Of a stretch of DNA of 64,000 nt, positions 1-8,427 are shown piece by piece. The stretch is from positions 32,001 to 96,000 of the forward strand of contig BTVY01000023.1 of assembly GCA_045863335.1 (NCBI GenBank), given 5' to 3'. Within the stretch, counting starts at the first letter, position 1; the number at the start of each line of letters is the position of its first letter. A model generated the notes under the pieces. The model worked only from the letters and a program-made list of their open reading frames with translations, searched no databases and was not told the DNA's origin. Source of the DNA: Candidatus Hydrogenedentota bacterium. Its GTDB lineage: Bacteria; Hydrogenedentota; Hydrogenedentia; Hydrogenedentales; SLHB01. Both the position numbers and the translations under genes were made by a program.

Positions 1-2
1 AG

Positions 3-680
3 CACAACGATGCCGCCTTCGACGACATGGTCCTGATAGGACATAGCATGGGCGGCCTGATCGCGAAAATGCTGGTCCAGGACAGCGGCGACGCGGTGTG
101 GGGCGCGATTGCCCGCAAACCCTTGGATGAACTGCATGCGTCGCCCGAGGTTCAAGCGGCCATTCGCGATGTCTTCTATTTCGAACCGCAACCCTTTGTG
201 AAGCGGGTGATCTTCATTTCCACGCCCCACCGAGGAAGCTCGCTGAGTAAGAGCATCCTGGGGACCGCAGTGTCACTTTTGATTGCAGTGCCGAAAACGT
301 TACTCGAAGAAGTGTGGTCTTTTATCGACACCAATCCCGGTGCATTGCGCGAGGACGTGAAAAAGCGGCGGCTGACGAGCATCGCCAACCTTTCCCCGGA
401 CAATCCGGTCATCGAGGTCCTGCAGGAGATCCCCATCGCGCCGGAAGTAACGTACCACACCATTGTCGGCAACGTGGCGGAGAAACCGGACGAGGAAATG
501 ACGGACGGCGTCGTTCCTTACACCAGTTCCCATCTCGAAGGCGCGGCTTCCGAGAAGATCGTGGAGGCGGGCCATTCCGCGCACTACCATCCGCTGGCGA
601 TTCTCGAGGTCCGGCGCATTTTGCAGGAACATCTTCAAACCCTTCCCGCGGCGGCCATGGCGGAAGTGCCGGGTCACTGA
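3..680 (+). CDS. Alpha/beta-hydrolase (lipase/esterase-like), 5'-truncated by window edge
   Basis: Nucleophile elbow GHSMGG, STPHRGS, DGVVPYTSS and a C-terminal His. Frame is open back to the window start. Confidence 0.85.
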   Translation, partial: HNDAAFDDMVLIGHSMGGLIAKMLVQDSGDAVWGAIARKPLDELHASPEVQAAIRDVFYFEPQPFVKRVIFISTPHRGSSLSKSILGTAVSLLIAVPKTLLEEVWSFIDTNPGALREDVKKRRLTSIANLSPDNPVIEVLQEIPIAPEVTYHTIVGNVAEKPDEEMTDGVVPYTSSHLEGAASEKIVEAGHSAHYHPLAILEVRRILQEHLQTLPAAAMAEVPGH

Positions 681-734
681 TTCGGGAGAGGCCGGCTGCA
701 ACGAAGCGGCTCCAAGAGACAGAGGAGACCGCTG

Positions 735-1256
735 ATGCCGTCCGCACCCCGTAGCCATCCCAACACTTTCCGAGCCTTGTCCTCGTACTGGGCCGATTCG
801 AATCGCATCGACGACCTTTTAACACGCGAAGAGCACGACTTTGTAGCCGTCGCGGTGCGGGAGTTCCGGCGCCGGTTCGGAGACGTAAAACCGACCGTGG
901 TGATGCGGATCGAGGGGGTGATCATGCTCTACGTGCTCGCGCGCCGGGCCGGACTTGCGGCACTTCGTGCGGGCCTCGCGCCAACGGATCTAAACCGGCC
1001 GCAGAAAGATGGTAAGACGCCCGCGGCTGATGATGTTTGCAGGGCGCACGATCATCTTCGCAAAGCGGTAAAGGACCTCGAGGACGCAACAGGAGACGGC
1101 GAGACGGCAGTGGCGCAAGGGGTCGCGGACCTTCTCCGGCCGCTGCTCAAGGATACGGAAGGGTTGGCGGAGTCCCTGGCGAATGAGGATCGCGAAGCGG
1201 GGTCGAATAACGGCCTGCCGTCCCGGCGTCGCGACTCCGTTGCGGCGGGGCCGTGA
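735..1256 (+). CDS. Hypothetical protein, putative terminase small subunit
   Basis: 173 aa, helical, GAGGAG RBS upstream. Overlaps the TerL start by 4 nt (GTGA). PAADDVCRAHDHLRKAVKDL loosely resembles the P27-type TerS helix. Assignment rests mainly on position. Confidence 0.5.
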   Translation: MPSAPRSHPNTFRALSSYWADSNRIDDLLTREEHDFVAVAVREFRRRFGDVKPTVVMRIEGVIMLYVLARRAGLAALRAGLAPTDLNRPQKDGKTPAADDVCRAHDHLRKAVKDLEDATGDGETAVAQGVADLLRPLLKDTEGLAESLANEDREAGSNNGLPSRRRDSVAAGP

Positions 1257-2731
1257 ACCGGATGCGATCGCCACACTACGAACGCGCCCGGCGAGAGTTG
1301 AAAACCCGCGGTTTCAGCGACGATGCGGTCCGACAGTGGTTGAATCTGCACGAGCGCGCGCGATTCGCCCATGCATACCTCCCCGGCGCGAAGGGCCGGC
1401 CCTGGATGGTGCGGGACTACCAGCGAAAATCCCTCGAATCCTTCGCGCTGCGCAAGGTGCATTGCGATGGTCGTGACGTGGGCAAGACGGCGGAGATCGA
1501 AATCATCGCGGCGTGGGCCATGGTCGCATGCCCCGACACGGAGATGCTCATCGCCACGCAGTGTGAGAATCATCTGTTCCCGTTGATGCACCGGCTCGTG
1601 CGCCGGTTCCAGACAACACCGGCTTTCGCGCCAAGCCTCGTTGAGTTGCGCCGGTCGCCGTCCTGGTTCCTTCGATTCTCTAACGGGTTCGTCCTTTGGG
1701 GGCGCATTGCGGGTCCGCGGGGAATGAATTTCCAAGGGCTTCACGTGGACTGGCAAATCGTGGACGAAGCCCAAGAGATGACCGAGAATTCCTGGGGAGA
1801 GTTGTATCAGGCGTTGAACGGGTGCGGCCGCCGCTGGGTGTATGGCGTGCCAAATGGCTTGCGCAATACCTTCTACCGCATGACGCGCATGCCGGACGCG
1901 GAACAGTACAACTGGCCGTCCACGCTGAACCCGGATTACACGGCCGAGAAAGACGCCGAGTTAACCCTGCTCTACGGCGGCAAGGATTCGCCCGGCTATC
2001 TTCATCGCGTACTCGGACTCCACGGATCACCGGCCCATGCCGTCTTTAATCTCGACCACTATCAGGAATGCGTAGACGACGGTATTGACTTCCTGGCGCT
2101 GACTGTGGACGAGCAAGACCCGCTTGATCTGCCGGGCGCCACCGAACCGGGGGAATACTACCTCGGCTGTGATCTGGGCTACGCGCGCGACCCGTCGGAA
2201 TTCGTCGTGTTCCGAGCCGAGCCGCCGCACTTGACCAACGTGATACGGGTGCATCTTCGGGGCGTAAACTATGCGCGGCAACAGGAGATCATTGTCGAAC
2301 TGGACGCGGCGTTTGACTTCCGCTCCATCGGGATTGACTGCGGAAACAATGGCCGTGCTGTCGCCCACAATCTCATGGCGCAGGGGCCGTTGTGGTGCGA
2401 GAAGGTTCGCGCCTTCGAGTTCGGTTCGGTTTTGGAACTGGAACCGTTGCCGGACGGCCGTCCCGACCGACGCCCCATGAAGACGTTCATGACCGAATTG
2501 CTCCAGCGACACTTGGCAGACCGGTCGGTCGTGTTTCCGCGCTTGCCGGACCGCGAAACGCAGTATGCCTCGCACACGTACTCAATCGGCATCAGCGGTC
2601 AAGTGCTGTTTGAGAAGGGCAACGATCACATCATCGACGCCGACCGATGCGCCGTGCTCGCCCATTATCTCGACACCCAGCGCGGGACCGCGGCGCCGTC
2701 AATTGGCCGTATGCGGCTGGAAGGATTCTGA
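1253..2731 (+). CDS. Phage terminase large subunit-like protein (ATPase + RNase H-like nuclease)
   Basis: Adenine-binding YQ (RDYQR), Walker A GRDVGKT, Walker B WQIVDEAQ, coupling-motif region GVPNG..N.FY, and nuclease acidic motifs LGCDLG...D, IDCGNNG, NDHIIDA. Confidence 0.88.
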   Translation: MNRMRSPHYERARRELKTRGFSDDAVRQWLNLHERARFAHAYLPGAKGRPWMVRDYQRKSLESFALRKVHCDGRDVGKTAEIEIIAAWAMVACPDTEMLIATQCENHLFPLMHRLVRRFQTTPAFAPSLVELRRSPSWFLRFSNGFVLWGRIAGPRGMNFQGLHVDWQIVDEAQEMTENSWGELYQALNGCGRRWVYGVPNGLRNTFYRMTRMPDAEQYNWPSTLNPDYTAEKDAELTLLYGGKDSPGYLHRVLGLHGSPAHAVFNLDHYQECVDDGIDFLALTVDEQDPLDLPGATEPGEYYLGCDLGYARDPSEFVVFRAEPPHLTNVIRVHLRGVNYARQQEIIVELDAAFDFRSIGIDCGNNGRAVAHNLMAQGPLWCEKVRAFEFGSVLELEPLPDGRPDRRPMKTFMTELLQRHLADRSVVFPRLPDRETQYASHTYSIGISGQVLFEKGNDHIIDADRCAVLAHYLDTQRGTAAPSIGRMRLEGF

Positions 2732-2743
2732 TCTTGCGGTCTC

Positions 2744-4822
2744 TCACAGACCGTTCAGCACGTTGCTTACCCGCTCGGTGAGCACGTCCGCCGTAAAGGG
2801 TTTCTGAATGAAGCGGTCTCCCAGTTGCTCCGCGATAAACCGGGAATCGCGGTTTTCGATATGGCCGGACATGAACAAAATCCGCATGTTCGGCCAAGTC
2901 TCAAGGATGCTCTCCGCCAGATCGCGGCCCGAAGGTCCAGGCATGACCATATCCGTCAACACCAGATCAATGGCCGTCCCCTGCCTCTGGAGAATTCGCA
3001 ACGCTTCACGAGCATTCGGGGCGGCGAGAACCGTGTACCCCTCCTTCTGAAGGATCCGTTCCACGACCTTACGGACCGACTCTTCATCCTCCACAACAAG
3101 AACCGTGCCTTCCGCATCGGTTCTCCGATCGCGCGGCGCTGGGGAATCAGCGTCTTCCTCGGTGTGCTCCGCCACCGGCATCGCGATCGTAAAGACCGAT
3201 CCCTGGCCGGGCGTACTCTCGGCCACGATCTTGCCGTCACAACTTCGGACAATGGCGTACACGGTGGAAAGCCCCAAACCGGTTCCTTGACCCTCCTCCT
3301 TTGTCGTAAAGAACGGTTCAAAGATACGGGCGAGGACTTCCGGATCCATTCCCATGCCCGTATCGGAAACGCTGAGGTGTACGAAACTGCCGTCCGGCGC
3401 TTCCTGAAGCGCTTTGCGCAACCTGGGCCGGTCCACACGGGTACGCACGGTGATCGCGCCGCCTCGCGGCATGGCGTCGCGCGCATTCACCACCAGATTC
3501 AGTAACACCTGTTCGATCTGACTGATGTCCGCATAGATGTCTGGCAACGACGAGGCCAACTGCACGTCGAGCCTGATGTTCTCGCCGATGAGACGGCGCA
3601 GCAATTCGTGCATATTCTTGATGATCTGATTGAGATTCACCACGCGACGGCTCGCGACCTGACGCCGGCTGAAGGTTAGTAGCTGCCGGGTCAGGGCAGC
3701 GCCGCGCTCGGCGATGCCAAGAATCTCCTCGGCTCCAGACTGCACGGCTTGTGTATCCCCGGGCTGGCCTGCCATCAAGTCGGCGGTGCCCATGATGGCA
3801 GTGAGCAGATTGTTGAAATCATGAGCGACGCCGCCGGCCAGCCGGCCAACCGCTTCCATCTTTTGGGCCTGCCGAAATTGATCTTCGAGCTTCCGAAGAT
3901 CAGTCACGTCGAGCCCGTAAATAAGCACATGCGTCACATTGCCGTTTTCGTCAAGAATGGGTTTGTGCGTGCGAATCCAGTGTTCGACGTCTCCCGATTC
4001 AAGCGGGAATCGTTCGTCGAACTGCATCACCTCCTTGCGCGCCACCACAAGATTGACCCACTCGGTGCGTTGTTTGCCGATCTCGGGATTGATCCCGCGG
4101 TATTCGCAGTACTCCTCCATCGTCTGCCCGATAATCCAGGATCGTGTTTCCGGGTCTGGAACCGCGCTGGGAGAAGCGTACTCGTACCGGCACGAACTGT
4201 CGACCATGGCAATGTGCGCGGGCAGCAAGGCCAGCAGCTCCTCATAGAATTCACGCAGTCGTATCGCTTCCAGTTCGGCCCGGCGCCGCTCCTCGATATT
4301 CTGCGTGATGGACAGGATGCAACGTTCGCCATTCAATGTAATGAGCCGCGCATAGAATAGACCGTGAATGACCTCGCCACCCTTCTTGCGGACGCGAATC
4401 TCCAACCCATTAATCTCGCCGTCTTGACGTAGCGCATCCACAATGCGCTGCCGGTTCTCGCCATCCGCCCAGAGGCCGATCTCGGCGGAAGTGTGTCCGA
4501 TGATCTCCTCCCGAGCGTAACCGGTCCGCATAATGAACGCTTCGTTTACATCGAAGAATCGTCCATCGGCGAGCGTAGCAATCGACATGGAGAAGGGGCT
4601 GTCTTCGTAGATAAACTGGCGGAAATCCTGCGCATGGGCGCGGCGGGCCATTTCCTCGTCGAGCGCCTTGTACAGCCGTTCATTCTCCGCGAGGAGACTC
4701 CCCAGCGATTCCTGAATGGCGTCACATGCCTCTGTGCCGCCGGGCAGATCCTTAACCAGTCTGCTCAGTCCGGACAATTCGGCTCGGACCTTCGCCTCTA
4801 TATTGTTCTTCTGATTTGTCAC
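2744..4822 (-). CDS. Hybrid sensor histidine kinase (PAS-PAS-HisKA-HATPase-REC)
   Basis: H-box AGGVAHDFNNLL, N-box NLVVNARDAM, G-boxes DTGMGM and GTGLGL, FEPFFTTK, receiver LVLTDMVMP. Confidence 0.95.
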   Translation of the reverse strand: MTNQKNNIEAKVRAELSGLSRLVKDLPGGTEACDAIQESLGSLLAENERLYKALDEEMARRAHAQDFRQFIYEDSPFSMSIATLADGRFFDVNEAFIMRTGYAREEIIGHTSAEIGLWADGENRQRIVDALRQDGEINGLEIRVRKKGGEVIHGLFYARLITLNGERCILSITQNIEERRRAELEAIRLREFYEELLALLPAHIAMVDSSCRYEYASPSAVPDPETRSWIIGQTMEEYCEYRGINPEIGKQRTEWVNLVVARKEVMQFDERFPLESGDVEHWIRTHKPILDENGNVTHVLIYGLDVTDLRKLEDQFRQAQKMEAVGRLAGGVAHDFNNLLTAIMGTADLMAGQPGDTQAVQSGAEEILGIAERGAALTRQLLTFSRRQVASRRVVNLNQIIKNMHELLRRLIGENIRLDVQLASSLPDIYADISQIEQVLLNLVVNARDAMPRGGAITVRTRVDRPRLRKALQEAPDGSFVHLSVSDTGMGMDPEVLARIFEPFFTTKEEGQGTGLGLSTVYAIVRSCDGKIVAESTPGQGSVFTIAMPVAEHTEEDADSPAPRDRRTDAEGTVLVVEDEESVRKVVERILQKEGYTVLAAPNAREALRILQRQGTAIDLVLTDMVMPGPSGRDLAESILETWPNMRILFMSGHIENRDSRFIAEQLGDRFIQKPFTADVLTERVSNVLNGL

Positions 4823-4882
4823 CCGAATCCAATCTGGTTTTTGAACTGGCTCTCCGGCTCCTACTGTCGTAATCGATCGTCG

Positions 4883-5854
4883 CTACCCGTTGGACATTGA
4901 GCCCACGGGAAACAGTGACTCGACCCGCGCCGTGCATTCACTCGAAAGCGTCACGTTCGCAGCAGCGATATTCTCCTTCAATTGCGCCACCGAGGTGGCT
5001 CCAAGAATGACGCTGGACACGTTTGAATTTGCGAGGCACCACGCGATCGCGATCTGTGTGGCGGTCATTCCCTGCTCTTCGGCGATCGCGGCCAGTTCCT
5101 GCGCACGGACCTTGTTGGTTTCCTTCCAGTACATATCCTTGATGACTGCGTTCTGCCGGTCGTCCGCTGCGCGGCTCCCGGGCGGAGCATCCTCACCCGG
5201 CTTGTACTTCCCAGTCAACATGCCGTGGGCGAGGGGGGAGAAGGTCACGTTGCCAATCCCCTCGGCTTCGGTCGTTGGAAACAGGTGAGTCTCCGGATGC
5301 CGGTACAGGAGGTTGTAGCGGGGCTGGCTGACTGCGATGGGCCGCGCGCCCAGTTCGCGGGAGAGCGCGTTGGCCTGCACGATGAGTGTCGCGGGCCATT
5401 CGCTGATCCCCCAGTAGATGATCTTCCCCGCGCGGGCGAGGTCTTCCATCGCCCGCACCGTTTCCTCCAGCGGCGTCGACGGGTCGGGACGGTGGCACAT
5501 GTAGATATCCACATAGTCCATGCCGAGCCGTTTGAGGCTTGCGTCGCACTGTTCGCGGATGTGCTTTGCGGAAAGACCGCGATCATTCGGGCCGTCGCCC
5601 ATGGGCGCCCAGACTTTCGTCAGTACAACCAGGTCCGAGCGGGCAAACTCGGCCAAATGCTTGCCGAGCATGCGTTCCCCCTCCCCCATGTTGTACGCAT
5701 TGGCCGTATCGAAGTAGTTTATGCCGTTATCGTAGGCGAAGCGGATCGTGTCTCGCGAGGTCTCGTCGTCGCAAGTCATTCCGATGGTCAAATAGCTGCC
5801 CAGACCCAGCGCGCTGACTCGCACGCCCCACTTCCCTAGCTGTCGGTACCGCAT
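4883..5854 (-). CDS. Aldo/keto reductase (Kv-beta/Tas-like)
   Basis: Start MRYRQLGKWG at 5854. Motifs GINYFDTANAY, TKV, DIYMCHRPD, SPLAHGMLTGKY, VILGAT. Confidence 0.93.
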   Translation of the reverse strand: MRYRQLGKWGVRVSALGLGSYLTIGMTCDDETSRDTIRFAYDNGINYFDTANAYNMGEGERMLGKHLAEFARSDLVVLTKVWAPMGDGPNDRGLSAKHIREQCDASLKRLGMDYVDIYMCHRPDPSTPLEETVRAMEDLARAGKIIYWGISEWPATLIVQANALSRELGARPIAVSQPRYNLLYRHPETHLFPTTEAEGIGNVTFSPLAHGMLTGKYKPGEDAPPGSRAADDRQNAVIKDMYWKETNKVRAQELAAIAEEQGMTATQIAIAWCLANSNVSSVILGATSVAQLKENIAAANVTLSSECTARVESLFPVGSMSNG

Positions 5855-5994
5855 GGAACCCTCCAATCTATTCGTTTGCCATCGTAGCAACCAGAACCGG
5901 CTGGCGCAATGACAAGCGTTTACGGACCAAACCGCTCTTGCAACATCGCTCCAAGACGTGTCAACGCACAACGGAAATGTCCGACCCAAGACGT

Positions 5995-6023
5995 TTGTCC
6001 CGTCGAATCAAAGTGGCTATGCT
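5995..6023 (+). promoter_or_regulatory. Possible sigma70 promoter of the lgt operon
   Basis: TTGTCC-N17-TATGCT upstream of the lgt ATG. Palindrome GTCAAC-T-GTTGAC follows at 6039-6051. Confidence 0.35.
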
Positions 6024-6065
6024 CGCCGTGGACAAACCGTCAACTGTTGACATTCTGGACGGCCT

Positions 6066-6869
6066 ATGAAACCGGAACTGTTTGAATTCCTGGGGATACC
6101 GATCTACTCGTACCGGCTTTTGCTGGCTGTTGCCTTCGTTCTATGCACCTTGCTCGCCGTTCGCGCGTCGGAGCGGCAGTCCGGTGGCGTCCGTCTCGTT
6201 CCCTTCATGGGGATTTGGGCCTTGGGCGGCGCCCTGTTGGGCGCGCGTACTTTTTACGTTTTACAGTATCGGAGCCCCGCGGAATACTGGACGGCCATGG
6301 TCGTGTGGGAAGGAGGCCTGGTGTTCTACGGCGGGCTGTTGGGTGGCGCTGCGGCGGTGGCCATCCACTGGAGACTGCACCGCACCCCTTTCCTGAAGAG
6401 TGCCGACGTTGTCGCTCCATATCTCGCTCTGGGAGAGGCAATTACGCGGATCGGGTGCTTCCTGAACGGATGCTGCTATGGCGCGTTGACGCACGTACCT
6501 TGGGGAATGCGTTTCCCACCAGGCAGCGTGGCGTACCAGGCCCAACTGGACTCGGGTTTGATCACAACCGCCGACCTGCGCGCCCACGCCTGCCACCCCA
6601 CGCAACTCTATATGGCGCTTGGACTACTTCTGGTATTCGGATTGCTGCACCCATTGCGTCTGCGCCAGCTTCAGGCTGGATTCACGGTGTGCGGATACCT
6701 CCTTCTGTATGGTATTCTGCGTTTTCTCGTCGAATTCTTACGCGGCGACAGCGCCCGTTCGGTATTCGGGATGACCGTCTCACAGGTGATTAGTCTCGCG
6801 TTGATCATCGGGGCCGGTTCGCTGTTGGCGAGCCGATACTTCCGGGTCTCTACAACGGAGATTCCATAA
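6066..6869 (+). CDS. lgt: Prolipoprotein diacylglyceryl transferase
   Basis: Motifs W.GGLVFYGG, RIGCFLNGCCYG, HPTQLY, YGILRFLVEFLR. Multi-TM. Confidence 0.9.
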   Translation: MKPELFEFLGIPIYSYRLLLAVAFVLCTLLAVRASERQSGGVRLVPFMGIWALGGALLGARTFYVLQYRSPAEYWTAMVVWEGGLVFYGGLLGGAAAVAIHWRLHRTPFLKSADVVAPYLALGEAITRIGCFLNGCCYGALTHVPWGMRFPPGSVAYQAQLDSGLITTADLRAHACHPTQLYMALGLLLVFGLLHPLRLRQLQAGFTVCGYLLLYGILRFLVEFLRGDSARSVFGMTVSQVISLALIIGAGSLLASRYFRVSTTEIP

Positions 6870-6960
6870 GGGTGCACGTGTAGGTGGTGAAAACCGAAGC
6901 GTTGCCCCAACCGTCAATCCCGGTGATACGTGGTCAGTCAGCGCCCGGCGCGCACGGAGT

Positions 6961-8412
6961 ATGTACAAAATGAAGCGAGTCCTGCTCATGGTCACCTTGA
7001 TGTTCTTCCCCAGACTGCTTGCGGCCCAGTCTCTGGACATATCGAGCCTGGAGGGAGAAAGCTGGTACGGGCTTTACCTGAACGGGCAGAAGTCCGGATA
7101 TTCGATGCACGTGGTAAAAAAGGCCGACGACGGCACGGTCAGCGTGCAGGAGGACGCCCATTTCCGGATGAACATGGCGGGGGTGCCCCAGGACATGCGC
7201 ATGTTCGCGAACCGTATCTACGCGGCGGACGGCCGGCTACTATCCGTCGAATCGACTATCGATGATGCGAGAAGCACCTCGCGTTTCAACGCGATTGTCG
7301 AGGGCGACAACCTGATACTGCGCGCGGACATTGGTGGCGCCGTCACGGAGCAGGAGTTCCCTCGGCCGAAGGAATCGCTGGAGGACGCATTGAAGCAGGT
7401 AGAACTGGTTCAAGGCGAGGCCAAAGTCGGCGATGCGCTCACCTTCACGACCTTCGAGCCCATGAAACCGGGAGAAATCAAAGGGCGCAGCGAGATCCTT
7501 GCGATCGAGGAGCGCCTGCTCGAGGGCGCGCCGACCAAGGTATACAAAATCCGCACCACCATGGACTTCATGGGCATCGAAACGGTGTCGTACGTCACCG
7601 AACAAGGGACAACGCTGGAGGACATCACGGCCGGACAAATTACGATGCGTCTGGAGCCGGAAGAAATCGCCAAGGATGTCGACTACAGCAACGACGTGAT
7701 CGTTTCCAACGCGGCCATGGTGGACGAAATCATTACCGACCCCCGGACCCGGAATGGTCTCAGGCTGCGGCTGTCGGGACCGCTCTCGCCCGCGCACTTG
7801 TTCAACGATGAGCGCCAGTTTCTTACGAAGAACGGGGACGGGTACGAGTTCATCGCCAAAGCGGTAACCCTGGAAGGCTTCGAAACCGCGCAAATTCCCA
7901 TAACCGATGAAAAGGTGGCGCAGTGGCTGGAGCCGACCCTGTTCGTCCAATGCGATGATCCCCGTATTGTGGAGAAGGCCAAGGAGATTGTCGGCGACGA
8001 AACCGATTCACTCAAGGCGTCTGCACTCCTGAGCGAATGGGTCTACAAGAACGTCAATACCATCTTCTCTGCACGGCTGACCAACGCCCTGGAAGTGCTG
8101 GACAGCCTTGAGGGCGATTGCACAGAGCACAGTATTCTCTTCGTGGCGCTGGCGCGGGCAGCCGGTATCCCCGCGCGCGAAGTGGCGGGGTTGATCTACA
8201 TGGATGCGGGTACGCGGCCGGGCTTCTACTTCCATCAGTGGGCGAAGGTCTGGGTCGGCAAGTGGATTGACGTGGACCCAACCTGGAATCAGCCCCTTGC
8301 CGACGTGACGCATATCAAACTCGCCGAGGGGGATCTATTCCAGCAGGCTCAGCTCATCCCCATCATCGGACAGATCAAGGTGGAGGTGCTCGACGAAGCG
8401 TCCGGCGGTTGA
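6961..8412 (+). CDS. Secreted transglutaminase-like domain protein
   Basis: Signal peptide. Cys-His-Asp triad motifs GDCTEHS, ARAAGIPAR, FHQW, WIDVDPT. Confidence 0.88.
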   Translation: MYKMKRVLLMVTLMFFPRLLAAQSLDISSLEGESWYGLYLNGQKSGYSMHVVKKADDGTVSVQEDAHFRMNMAGVPQDMRMFANRIYAADGRLLSVESTIDDARSTSRFNAIVEGDNLILRADIGGAVTEQEFPRPKESLEDALKQVELVQGEAKVGDALTFTTFEPMKPGEIKGRSEILAIEERLLEGAPTKVYKIRTTMDFMGIETVSYVTEQGTTLEDITAGQITMRLEPEEIAKDVDYSNDVIVSNAAMVDEIITDPRTRNGLRLRLSGPLSPAHLFNDERQFLTKNGDGYEFIAKAVTLEGFETAQIPITDEKVAQWLEPTLFVQCDDPRIVEKAKEIVGDETDSLKASALLSEWVYKNVNTIFSARLTNALEVLDSLEGDCTEHSILFVALARAAGIPAREVAGLIYMDAGTRPGFYFHQWAKVWVGKWIDVDPTWNQPLADVTHIKLAEGDLFQQAQLIPIIGQIKVEVLDEASGG

Positions 8413-8427
8413 ACAAGGTGACGTGGC

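Noticed and set aside
1-4822. Prophage at the left end
   Set aside because: Only terminase-like genes are present. The flanks are a hydrolase and a histidine kinase, and there is no integrase, att site, structural gene or GC shift.
2744-4822. CckA-like kinase as regulator of a GTA next to the terminase
   Set aside because: This hybrid kinase type is very common and the gene is convergent. Adjacency alone is not evidence.
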